From positions 59,593 to 123,592 of IMG/VR virus record IMGVR_UViG_3300031841_004520: a stretch of DNA of 64,000 nt. The stretch is one strand, 5' to 3'. This document shows, piece by piece, positions 1 through 8,820 of this stretch. Within the stretch, counting starts at the first letter, position 1. Each line of letters starts with the position of its first letter. The position numbers and the translations under genes were made by a program. The DNA is from a virus. The notes beneath the pieces were generated by a model. It was not told the origin of the DNA. It searched no databases and saw only the letters and a list, made by a program, of their open reading frames with translations.

Positions 1-452
1 AATATATAATTAACCTTGTCATTATTGATAGTGGCCCCTAAGTTCGAATTAAATCTTTTATTAGAGCTTATAATAACTATAGATTTTTTAATTCTATATT
101 TTATCTTTAACCAAAATGACTTACTTACTATACAGTTTGTATTAAAAACTATACACTTCGTATTGGTACAGCAACTTAATCCTTGTTTTAAGCTTTGTGT
201 TTCATTAGAGTGAGTATATATTTCATGTTGTGTAAATTTTACTCTCTTGTACTTATCTATAAGTTTTTGCATTTTTTTACTCTCAAATCCACCAACGACT
301 ATAATTTCTGCAGTAGGAAACACCGATGTGATGTTGATAATATGTTTCTCTATTATGGTTTGTTTTTTGTTTGCAGCTAGTAAACCAACATTACCTATTG
401 ATTTCATTCCTTTGGTAGGTAAAGAACTTATTAATATAAATGATAGATTCAT
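1..452 (-). CDS. Nucleotidyltransferase-like protein (LicC/GlmU N-terminal fold), divergent; runs off the window start
   Basis: Not in ORF track. Manual translation from ATG at 452 (ATGA overlap with upstream stop): MNLSFILISSLPTKGMKSIGNVGLL...TIIEKHI...AEIIVVGGFES...SNETQSLKQGL, matching the ILAAGxGxRM..PKxLL...EIIVVVGY...N...SL layout but without GxGxR. Confidence 0.55.
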   Translation of the reverse strand, partial: MNLSFILISSLPTKGMKSIGNVGLLAANKKQTIIEKHIINITSVFPTAEIIVVGGFESKKMQKLIDKYKRVKFTQHEIYTHSNETQSLKQGLSCCTNTKCIVFNTNCIVSKSFWLKIKYRIKKSIVIISSNKRFNSNLGATINNDKVNYI

Positions 453-865
453 GCTGTCTTACTGCAAATAAAGAGGTATTCAAATACATTTACATATTTC
501 TGTGTCATTATGATATAGTTATTATGTTCTAATATATCTTTAATGTTATTAGCAGTGTGTAAAAACAGTCTGCTTTTGTACAGAATGAGTTGGGCTATTT
601 CTATTTTAATTTTATCAAATGTCATCGCAATTGCTAATTGTTTTAAATCAGGGGCTTGTATATGTAGCATTCCGTTTGGTTTTAATTTATTAAAGATCAC
701 CTGTAGCAATTCTGAATGCTGGTCTATAATAACAAAGTCTAAGCAGTCATGTAAATAGATATTATCTACAGAATTGTCTTCTATTTCCTTTACGTCTTGA
801 AAGTATATATTCTGAGCGTTAGGTACTTCTATATTGTTTTTATGATATATGCTTATATTATTCAT
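449..865 (-). CDS. Class I SAM-methyltransferase-like protein (degenerate N-terminus)
   Basis: DNSVDNIYLHDCLDF...LKPNGMLHIQAPD matches Methyltransf_11 C-terminal motifs; motif I GxG absent. Confidence 0.55.
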   Translation of the reverse strand: MNNISIYHKNNIEVPNAQNIYFQDVKEIEDNSVDNIYLHDCLDFVIIDQHSELLQVIFNKLKPNGMLHIQAPDLKQLAIAMTFDKIKIEIAQLILYKSRLFLHTANNIKDILEHNNYIIMTQKYVNVFEYLFICSKTA

Positions 866-1304
866 ATTTATATATTAGTTTTCTGGTTGTGTCTATAAAT
901 TCTTGCCAAGTATTTTTATCAGAATTTTCGTTTAAAATTAATTCATGAATATCCCCCCAGGATTGTTTAATTTGTTTAGAAAACGCAATTTGTTTGACTA
1001 TGGGGATATTGTTGATCTTTTCTTGAAATTTATTTGAATCTATCATATCAGATTTTGGTTCGTGGTCAATCAATATCAATGGGCATTGATGATATTTCGT
1101 AAGTTTAATAATTTTTTCTAAGTGTTTAGTCTTATCGTTTGATATAATTAACTCCGGAATAAAACTACCCAAATATATTTGGTCTAAAGCAAATAGACAT
1201 ACTCTTAGTGTTTTAAAAAACTCTTCAAACTCTCTGTTGTCACTAGGTATCCATAGTATATTATTTATGATGTTTGTTTCTCTTGCTAGTAAACTAGAAA
1301 TCAC
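858..1304 (-). CDS. Hypothetical protein, possibly a truncated glycosyltransferase-like domain
   Basis: 148 aa ORF overlapping both neighbours in the GT block. Confidence 0.4.
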   Translation of the reverse strand: MISSLLARETNIINNILWIPSDNREFEEFFKTLRVCLFALDQIYLGSFIPELIISNDKTKHLEKIIKLTKYHQCPLILIDHEPKSDMIDSNKFQEKINNIPIVKQIAFSKQIKQSWGDIHELILNENSDKNTWQEFIDTTRKLIYKYE

Positions 1305-2365
1305 AATATATACCTGCTGAAATTTGTGTTGTCAAAAATATTTATGTCAATCTTGCTTATCTTTTTTTGTTTTTCTGATGCAGATAAGGACACAGCTTTT
1401 CTCATTTGTGACTTAATAGATTGTATGTTTGGATTATTCCAAGTCTCATATATGTTAGATATATTATGTGTAGAATATTTACATGCAGATAATATATTCT
1501 CCCTATCACTATCTACTAGAAAACCGTTGTCTTTTGTTACATAAGAAGAGTTTGCTGTTCCATTTGTAACTATACATAGCTTTTTATGTATCAGGGCTTC
1601 TATGCACGAAGCTGTAGTATATGATCCTTTTGAAACGTCTATATAACAATCACAATTATTAAATAATTGATGCATTTTATGTTCTTCCACATCTCCCACA
1701 ACCACTACAGGTTCGTTTACAGCCTCACTGCTTTTCTTGGTTATGCGATACGCATTATACATTAAATTTTTAATTTCTGTTTCATCATCCCCATTTGTTT
1801 TTATTATCAGTCTAGTATTATCCTCTTTGTCAAATTCCGTCATGTATGCTACTAGAAGAGATATTAGACTGTCTTTATCGTCACTAGATGACATTGTGTA
1901 GAAATTAAATTCTTTATCTGTATCTAATTTTTTTTGGGTTTTTATATTGATGTCAAAGGGTTCAGGCAATACTTTAATCATTTTGACTACTCCAGATTCT
2001 CTCAATGATTTTTCTGCAAAATAAGAGTTTACCCATACTTCGTCCATCATATTTATTTTTTCTATCCAGCCTGTATGCCTTAGGTTTCTAGAGATTATTT
2101 TTGGAACACATATATTGATACCAAATCTGGCATTGTATTCATAATAATCAGGCATGGTATCCTGTATTACTGCGTCGTAGTAATCACTTTTATTGAGTTC
2201 ATTTTCTAGTATTTTACCTTGTATGCCAAATGTTTTTGTTTGTAAATACAAAGGCCTAACAGATAATTTTATATTTTTTACATGTTGTAATGCTGAAATA
2301 TATCTTCTAGAAGAGTGCCCTAGAGCAGAATCCTCTCTATAATGACCTAGATATAAAATATTCAC
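1301..2365 (-). CDS. GT-B (GT4-like) glycosyltransferase with degenerate EX7E motif
   Basis: ILYLGHY...MDEVWVNS...FDKEDNTRLIIKT...CDCYIDVSKGSYTTASCIEA; related to 50409..51482. Confidence 0.75.
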   Translation of the reverse strand: MNILYLGHYREDSALGHSSRRYISALQHVKNIKLSVRPLYLQTKTFGIQGKILENELNKSDYYDAVIQDTMPDYYEYNARFGINICVPKIISRNLRHTGWIEKINMMDEVWVNSYFAEKSLRESGVVKMIKVLPEPFDINIKTQKKLDTDKEFNFYTMSSSDDKDSLISLLVAYMTEFDKEDNTRLIIKTNGDDETEIKNLMYNAYRITKKSSEAVNEPVVVVGDVEEHKMHQLFNNCDCYIDVSKGSYTTASCIEALIHKKLCIVTNGTANSSYVTKDNGFLVDSDRENILSACKYSTHNISNIYETWNNPNIQSIKSQMRKAVSLSASEKQKKISKIDINIFDNTNFSRYIL

Positions 2366-3996
2366 GAGTAATCTACTATATATTTAAGACCATCTGGAAC
2401 TGGCGTTTTACCAGATCTGACTGATTCCCATAAGGTTTGATTATTCATGCTGTCTTCTAAAATCTTCATAGCTTGTTGAAAAGTAAACGGAGTAATATTT
2501 GTTCCATCTTGCTGATACCCTAAGTCTAAATTCCTAATTAATTGTTGAGCAGAAGCAGTTTTCATCATGTGTGGGTTTTTAATGATATTTTCTACTATAA
2601 ATTGTATTATTCTTCTGTGACTACCTAAAGGAGGTACTTTAATGTCATGTCTAGTTATTCTTTCTGCTGTTTCCCACTTGCCTTGTAGTCCTGTAAGTTT
2701 TATATTGTCAAAAATATTTTCGAAAGATTTTGCTGTTTTGTCCCAGTCATATTCCTTGATGCTTTTTTCTCTAACGGATTCCGCTAGTTTCATGCGATCA
2801 ATAAAACCCAGCCCATTTATTTCTTTGTATTTATCTATTAAAATATCACAACACTTTTTATCATCAGGATACACTCTGTCTGCACCTGTTTCTAATTCTC
2901 TAAAGCTACAGCTCAAAGGGACAATATCTGCACCTATAGCCCTACCTATCTCTGCCATAGCTCCATGGTCTATAGTAACTACAGGAACTCCGCATGCAGC
3001 TGCTTCTACAGGAGGAATACCAAACCCTTCGCAGATAGCATATTGTATATATACGTCAAAAGCATTAAATATATTAGCAAGCTCTGGTTCTGATATTCCG
3101 TTAGCAACACTGCAGAAACCCGCTGAGTTTTTTTTGCAATGAGGGCAAGCTATTGGTGATTCAGAATATGTTCCAGAAAAGTTTTTGTGACATTGTGAAC
3201 ACTTGTAAGAGAAGTATACTAAATTCTCAGCACCATGCTCAATAAGTAAAGAAGGTAGATCCCAACCGTTCATATCAGGATAGCTGGTATGTAAATATAG
3301 TTTAGCATTAGGTACAACCTTGGCAACATTTTTAATAATTTTAATTAGATTAGGTATCAATTTGCGTTTTTGATTACGCATCACAGAACCTATGATAAAA
3401 TCATTAGGATTAAGTCCTAATTGCAATTTAATGTTATCCTTACTCTGACTGCTTATCTTAAATGTATCGATGTTTACTGCATCATTTACTGGCTCTACTA
3501 GATTCATAGGAATCTGTGTAGACCTTAAGTAGTCTATGCCCCATTGGGTGTGTCCAGAAACCGTATCGGCATTAGAAAAAGTTTGTAGCCATTCTTTTTT
3601 TTGTGGCGCAGAGTCTATTGTTGGTGCTATCATCCAATGGTAAAAAGGTCTATATGGAGAATTTTCTGGAAAATTCAACATCCAATAATCTCTGACATCA
3701 AAAACAATATCTGGTTTGAAGTCTTGCACAGCAGTCTCAAAAGCCCAAGACCCAAATGCATGGTGCGGTTTGCTGGCGTATGTCTTAAGCAACTCTTGAT
3801 CGCTTTTGGGAGGCACAACAGGATATAATTTCCATGAGACATTATTTTTCATATCAGGGGTTCTGTACGCAGACAGTTCAGCAATTTCGTACTTGCCTGT
3901 TGCGTACAGTCTGGAAAGAACATTTCTAGTATAATTACCAAAGCCTGAGTCAATGTGACTAGACTCTGCACACATAAATATTCTTTTTTTGCCCAT
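2362..3996 (-). CDS. GT4 glycosyltransferase with inserted CxxC...CxxC zinc ribbon
   Basis: SGFGNY, VMRNQKRK, FDVYIQYAICEGFGIPPVEAAACG (EX7E intact); CSQC...CPHC insert. Confidence 0.85.
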   Translation of the reverse strand: MGKKRIFMCAESSHIDSGFGNYTRNVLSRLYATGKYEIAELSAYRTPDMKNNVSWKLYPVVPPKSDQELLKTYASKPHHAFGSWAFETAVQDFKPDIVFDVRDYWMLNFPENSPYRPFYHWMIAPTIDSAPQKKEWLQTFSNADTVSGHTQWGIDYLRSTQIPMNLVEPVNDAVNIDTFKISSQSKDNIKLQLGLNPNDFIIGSVMRNQKRKLIPNLIKIIKNVAKVVPNAKLYLHTSYPDMNGWDLPSLLIEHGAENLVYFSYKCSQCHKNFSGTYSESPIACPHCKKNSAGFCSVANGISEPELANIFNAFDVYIQYAICEGFGIPPVEAAACGVPVVTIDHGAMAEIGRAIGADIVPLSCSFRELETGADRVYPDDKKCCDILIDKYKEINGLGFIDRMKLAESVREKSIKEYDWDKTAKSFENIFDNIKLTGLQGKWETAERITRHDIKVPPLGSHRRIIQFIVENIIKNPHMMKTASAQQLIRNLDLGYQQDGTNITPFTFQQAMKILEDSMNNQTLWESVRSGKTPVPDGLKYIVDYS

Positions 3997-4021
3997 GATA
4001 ATTCCTGAAGTTATTTAAAAA

Positions 4022-4411
4022 CTAAAATGCTAGAGATTCTTTGTCAGACTGACTTTTCTTACTAGCATTTCTAGTAATTTTAGCAAAGTTGCTGACACGA
4101 ATCTTCATAGTGGATTGCTTGATCTTTTCTCCGGACTCTAGCTCTTTTTCCCAGCTGTCTTTCCTTAAAGAACCTTCAAGCATGACCAGATCTCCTTTGC
4201 GAAAAGACGATCCGATATTTTCTGCACCAGTATCCCATGCTTCACAAGGGACAAATGTTGTGACCTGATCGGTCTTACCATCAGCCTTGGTATACTCCCT
4301 AGACACCGCTACTGTAAAGTTAACCACAGATGTAGATTTGCCGTTAGAAGTATTAATATTACGCAATTCTGGATCTCTAGCTAAATTTCCCTTCAATAAA
4401 ACTAAATTCAT
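4022..4411 (-). CDS. ssb: Single-stranded DNA-binding protein
   Basis: MNLVLLKGNLARDPELR...FTVAV...FVPCEAW...KGDLVMLEGSL, C-terminal LAF; GGAG Shine-Dalgarno before ATG 4411. Confidence 0.95.
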   Translation of the reverse strand: MNLVLLKGNLARDPELRNINTSNGKSTSVVNFTVAVSREYTKADGKTDQVTTFVPCEAWDTGAENIGSSFRKGDLVMLEGSLRKDSWEKELESGEKIKQSTMKIRVSNFAKITRNASKKSQSDKESLAF

Positions 4412-4450
4412 AGTTTCTCCTTTTTCAAAAATAAAGTAACACAATAAGCT

Positions 4451-4478
4451 ATTATATCAAACATAGATATAATGTCAA
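4451..4478 (-). promoter_or_regulatory. Sigma70-type promoter driving ssb and the downstream GT block
   Basis: TTGACA (4478-4473), 16 nt, TATAAT (4456-4451) with extended -10 TGn. Confidence 0.8.
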
Positions 4479-4479
4479 G

Positions 4480-6057
4480 CTACACTTGCCATACCTTTTT
4501 TATTATCATTCCGTCTTTCTTCTTGGACTGTTCTAGTTTCATCACAGCCGTATTGTCAATAGACAAAAGGTTTTTAAAGGTTTTGAATTCTTCTGGGAAG
4601 ATGACAGCATCCAAAGAACCTGTGCTATCTGTAACTTTTACAAATGCCATTTCTTGTCCTGGATTTGCTCCTCTTTTTGTTTTAATAATATTAACATCTT
4701 TTATTTCTATACCAATCATTATATTATTAGATGCTATTTTAGATTCTTTAAGTGTTCTGCAATCTGTGTTAACAAAATTTAGATCACATTCGTCAATCTT
4801 AGAGCAAGATACAGCGATCCCTAGTAGTTGGTTTTCTGTGTCTGCTATCCAAGGTATAGTGTCTGACAGGCTATATGCTGGTTTTTTAACAGAACTCAAT
4901 ATTGACTCTACCGACTTTTTTCTTCTGGCATTAACTTTGGTCAGAACGCCTTCAATACATTGAGTAATATTCTTATATCCTGCTATATTAGTGATTACAA
5001 ATTCTTTTTCTTTTTTGGTTAAGTTTGTTATTGCATCAAAATCAAATAACATTCGTTTTCTATCTACCTTAAAATAATCAAAGCATCCTACGGATATCAT
5101 ATTTTTTGCAGCCGTTTTGTTTATGTTGTCTAAAACTATAAATAGTATCTGTAGATATGAAGCGTCTTTTATATCTATTTTAATTTCTTGTAGTTTGTTA
5201 AATACTGAAGCGCCAACCCCCTTAATGTTGGTCAGTCCAAAGTATATACATTTATCTTTTAATACAAAGTCTTTATTTAATAATTTAAAATTAGGATTAC
5301 AAACCTCAATAGCCATTTCTCTACAATTGCTGACTAATTCATATATTTCTCTTAAAGGATCTATCTTATCTTTGGCAAACTTTAAATACGATACAAAAAA
5401 TCTAGAAGGGAAATGAGCTTTGACATATGCAGATAGGTAAGCATTCATAGCATAGCTGACGGCATGGCTTTTATTAAAACTATATCTTTGACTTTTTTCA
5501 ATCCACCCAAAGATTTCTTCAGCTTCTTCTTCATTGACAATGTTTGCTTCCTTAGCACCATCAATAAACTGCTTTTTAACTTGAGCCATTAGGTCGGCTT
5601 TTTTCTTACCAATAGCTTTACGAAGAACATCAGCATCCTGCAAATTAAAGCCTGCTATTTTCTGAGCGATTTGCATAGCTTGTTCTTGATAAATCATTTC
5701 TCCATATGTAGACGACAGTATATCTTTTAAACTATCATGATAATGATCTACAGTTTCTAGGCCGTTCTTTTTATCTATGTAATGATTAGAGACATTCTTA
5801 CCGTCTCGATAAGCCTCTAAACATCCTGGGCGTAGAATAGATATAAGAGCAGAAAGCTGTTCTATATTTTGTGGTTTGAGTTTTTTAGACATAGTTTGAC
5901 CAAGTCTAGACTCTAGCTGAAAACAACCTTTTGTATTGCCTTCTCCAATTAAATGCCAAGTGGTTTTACAGTCTAGATCTAAATTCTCAAGAGTAAGGTC
6001 TAAATCTATCTTACCTTCGTGTTTTTTAAATCTACAATCACATCTTCTTTTATTCAT
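4480..6057 (-). CDS. dnaE: DNA polymerase III alpha subunit, C-terminal half (fingers, HhH, OB fold)
   Basis: GCFQLES, LISILRPG, IYQEQ, LRKAIGKK, YSFNKSHAVSYA, FGLTNIKGVG, MAFVKVTD; likely start MNKRRC at 6057 overlapping the upstream stop. Confidence 0.93.
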   Translation of the reverse strand: MNKRRCDCRFKKHEGKIDLDLTLENLDLDCKTTWHLIGEGNTKGCFQLESRLGQTMSKKLKPQNIEQLSALISILRPGCLEAYRDGKNVSNHYIDKKNGLETVDHYHDSLKDILSSTYGEMIYQEQAMQIAQKIAGFNLQDADVLRKAIGKKKADLMAQVKKQFIDGAKEANIVNEEEAEEIFGWIEKSQRYSFNKSHAVSYAMNAYLSAYVKAHFPSRFFVSYLKFAKDKIDPLREIYELVSNCREMAIEVCNPNFKLLNKDFVLKDKCIYFGLTNIKGVGASVFNKLQEIKIDIKDASYLQILFIVLDNINKTAAKNMISVGCFDYFKVDRKRMLFDFDAITNLTKKEKEFVITNIAGYKNITQCIEGVLTKVNARRKKSVESILSSVKKPAYSLSDTIPWIADTENQLLGIAVSCSKIDECDLNFVNTDCRTLKESKIASNNIMIGIEIKDVNIIKTKRGANPGQEMAFVKVTDSTGSLDAVIFPEEFKTFKNLLSIDNTAVMKLEQSKKKDGMIIKKVWQV

Positions 6058-6793
6058 CTTTAAAACAATTCTTAAACTGTATCCTTTGTGCAAGGTTTTT
6101 ATGTAATTTCAAAAATCTGATTAGTATATTGGCACAATCCGTAACATCTTTGAATGCGTCGTGAGCATTAGAAGAATCTATTCCCATGTAAGTCCTAATA
6201 GAATCTAATGAAATAGATTTGATTTCTGGAACATACATCAGCCATAAGCCTATAACATACATTAGATCAATCCTATCTCTAGGATGAAATATAGATGAAC
6301 TTTTTTCTTTTGCATCAAAATTGTCATACGTTTCACTCAATCTGTCTACAATCTTCATATCAAACTTATTAATATTATATCCACAGGCTATAGGTGCGGT
6401 AAATTTACTTTTTTTACTTTTGCCAGACCCTACTAAGTGATAGTTGTCTAGATACCCTATAAATTGTTGCCAAGAGTGTTTTTGCTCTGGATATTTCAGC
6501 CATTCATTAAGAATTTGACTCTTATCAACACCCTTAACTTTCCCGTGCCAATCTAAAATATCAGAATCGGTGTAAGGATGATTATCTATTGTGACAGCCT
6601 TGGACTTCTCTTGCAATTCAAAATCAGCTAACTTAATAGGCTTAAGGTTTATATTAAATTCAGAGTCCTTGACTATCTCCAACCTGTAGGGGTCAACCAT
6701 AACGGCGGCTAGTTGAACAGGACTACACTCGTTAGGATTGGCCCCATCGGTTTCAAAATCAAATACACATATCTTATTCTTGTTTATGTTCAT
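6050..6793 (-). CDS. dnaQ: DEDDh 3'-5' exonuclease (DnaQ/epsilon-like)
   Basis: VFDFETDG (ExoI), GYNINKFD (ExoII), AHDAFKD (ExoIII). Confidence 0.85.
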   Translation of the reverse strand: MNINKNKICVFDFETDGANPNECSPVQLAAVMVDPYRLEIVKDSEFNINLKPIKLADFELQEKSKAVTIDNHPYTDSDILDWHGKVKGVDKSQILNEWLKYPEQKHSWQQFIGYLDNYHLVGSGKSKKSKFTAPIACGYNINKFDMKIVDRLSETYDNFDAKEKSSSIFHPRDRIDLMYVIGLWLMYVPEIKSISLDSIRTYMGIDSSNAHDAFKDVTDCANILIRFLKLHKNLAQRIQFKNCFKDE

Positions 6794-6968
6794 CTTCTAT
6801 AGTTTCTACTTCCTTATTTCCATCGATAATTAAATCCTTGTCACCATCAAGAATTGCTGCATTTCTTTTTAGCTTACAGCAACTAATCTTTTGAGGCTGA
6901 ACTTTTACACACTCTTTACCATCATGTAAAAACTTAGCGCCAATACTTAACCTACCGAACTTAGTCAT
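6774..6968 (-). CDS. Small hypothetical protein inside the split-dnaE cassette
   Basis: 64 aa, ISCCK motif, starts 1 nt after the dnaE-N stop. Confidence 0.7.
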   Translation of the reverse strand: MTKFGRLSIGAKFLHDGKECVKVQPQKISCCKLKRNAAILDGDKDLIIDGNKEVETIEDEHKQE

Positions 6969-6969
6969 A

Positions 6970-8820
6970 TCATACTCCTTGTAATAGTGATTGTACGCCC
7001 ATCATTTTATCTAACAGGCCGATACCTAATATATCAAACTTTACTACACCAATAGACTCCAGGTCATTCATCTCTAACCCTGCGATATTCTTTTTTGTTT
7101 TGGTGTCATAGATCATTGGACAGATTGAGGATAGGCTACTTTGTGATATCGCTATACCCGCTGCGTGTTTAGACTGATTACATTTAGTTCCTTCTAGTCT
7201 AATAGCCTGCTCAAATCTTTTTGCAAGTGGGCCGACTAATTTATCGTCTTTTAAATGACACCAATCTTTAAGGGGTTTTGGGTTGTTTTCTAAAGCCCAC
7301 TTAATTATAGAAGCGTCTTTCATTTCCTGTAATTCGTCTGCGATCTTAGCTTCGTCTGGTATATGCTTTGTGATTTGATTCATTTCTTCAAAAGAAATAT
7401 TGCTATAAACCCTCAACACCTCCTTGAGTGAACCTCTACCCTTTAGGGTGTTATATGTAATCATTTGGGAAACCTTGTCTTGACCATATGTATCTTTAAT
7501 ATAATCAATGATGTTTTCTCTTTGATCCATAGGTACGTCTACATCGATATCTGGCATGGATACTCTACCGCCAGTATTCCTGCCAGCATTGTAAAATCTT
7601 TCAAAAATTAAGTCATATTTAATAGGATCTATAGCGGTAATACCAATAAGATAGGAAACCAGACATCCAGCAGCACTACCTCTTCCTGGTCCAGGTAGCC
7701 ACTTCTGTTTACGGACATGATCAACAATATCCTGTACAATCAAGAAGTAGCTAGACAAATCTGCTCCTTGTAGTACGTCTAACTCGTATTTAATTCTGTC
7801 CACATATTGAGAATGCAATTCTTTGTCTACATTATTGACTATTTTGTTTTTCCAGCCATCTCTACAAAGCTGTCTCAGGTATTGGGCTGGATCGTATCCT
7901 TCTGGACACTTAAAGTCTGGAAGGTTAGGTGTTTCTAAAATATCATAGTCTTCACACATACTGTCTACTAGATTAGTATTATCTATTTCGTCTTCTGTGT
8001 TTACTTCATTCATTTCTTCATGAGACAACAGGTGATAGCTGTCAGACTTGAAAAAAGAATCTAAACCAAAACTTTCTCCGGTAGAGAGCTTACTAGCTAC
8101 TTGAGGTAAAGTCATTTTGAGATTACTACACAGTAAAATCCTTTGGTCTACGGCGTCATATCGTTCACAATAATGAGAATCTATACTAGATATTTTAGGT
8201 ATCTTGTTTAAGTTACAAATATCTCTTAGTTTTTTGCCAATAATTTGTTGATATTCATTCTCTTGGTCCATTAGTTGAACTTCAACAAAAAAATTATCTT
8301 TACCAAAAATTTCGGATAATTCGCCCACCTCTTTCTCTATCTGTGAGTCTGAAACAAACTTCTCCTCTTTATATATTTTATTAGCCAAATAAGAACCAGG
8401 ATGTCCACTCATGCCAATAATATTGCCTTGAGATAACCTATCTTTTAATTTCGCTATATCTAATCTAGGTTTGTAATAATAGTTATCTGGCCTATTTGAT
8501 TCTGACACTATTTCAATTAAATTCTTCCAACCAGCTAGATTTTTAGACAACAGAAGCATGTGTGATAATTTTCTGTTTTCTTTAGATTGTATATTACTGT
8601 CTTGATCTGATATATACAATTCAACGCCAAGGATAGGTTTGATTTTGTTGTGTTTCATAGTTTGGAAAAAATTGATACACCCAGAGATGGATCCATGATC
8701 GGTAACAGCACAACTGGTCATATTTAATTTATGACATCTTTTAGCAACATCCTCTGGCTTAGAAAGACCATCCAATAAAGAGTAATGCGTATGCAAATGC
8801 AAAGGCGTATAGTGTTTCAT
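6970..8820 (-). CDS. dnaE: DNA polymerase III alpha subunit, N-terminal half (PHP plus catalytic palm)
   Basis: HLHTHYSLLDG, TDHG, DSHY (PHP); GPGRGSAAG; MPDIDVD; KHAAG; KFDILG. Confidence 0.95.
   Translation of the reverse strand: MKHYTPLHLHTHYSLLDGLSKPEDVAKRCHKLNMTSCAVTDHGSISGCINFFQTMKHNKIKPILGVELYISDQDSNIQSKENRKLSHMLLLSKNLAGWKNLIEIVSESNRPDNYYYKPRLDIAKLKDRLSQGNIIGMSGHPGSYLANKIYKEEKFVSDSQIEKEVGELSEIFGKDNFFVEVQLMDQENEYQQIIGKKLRDICNLNKIPKISSIDSHYCERYDAVDQRILLCSNLKMTLPQVASKLSTGESFGLDSFFKSDSYHLLSHEEMNEVNTEDEIDNTNLVDSMCEDYDILETPNLPDFKCPEGYDPAQYLRQLCRDGWKNKIVNNVDKELHSQYVDRIKYELDVLQGADLSSYFLIVQDIVDHVRKQKWLPGPGRGSAAGCLVSYLIGITAIDPIKYDLIFERFYNAGRNTGGRVSMPDIDVDVPMDQRENIIDYIKDTYGQDKVSQMITYNTLKGRGSLKEVLRVYSNISFEEMNQITKHIPDEAKIADELQEMKDASIIKWALENNPKPLKDWCHLKDDKLVGPLAKRFEQAIRLEGTKCNQSKHAAGIAISQSSLSSICPMIYDTKTKKNIAGLEMNDLESIGVVKFDILGIGLLDKMMGVQSLLQGV

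Noticed and set aside
6057-6970. Split intein or group I intron as the explanation for the dnaE split
   Set aside because: No intein terminal motifs, and the interval is fully occupied by coupled ORFs with no non-coding space for a ribozyme core
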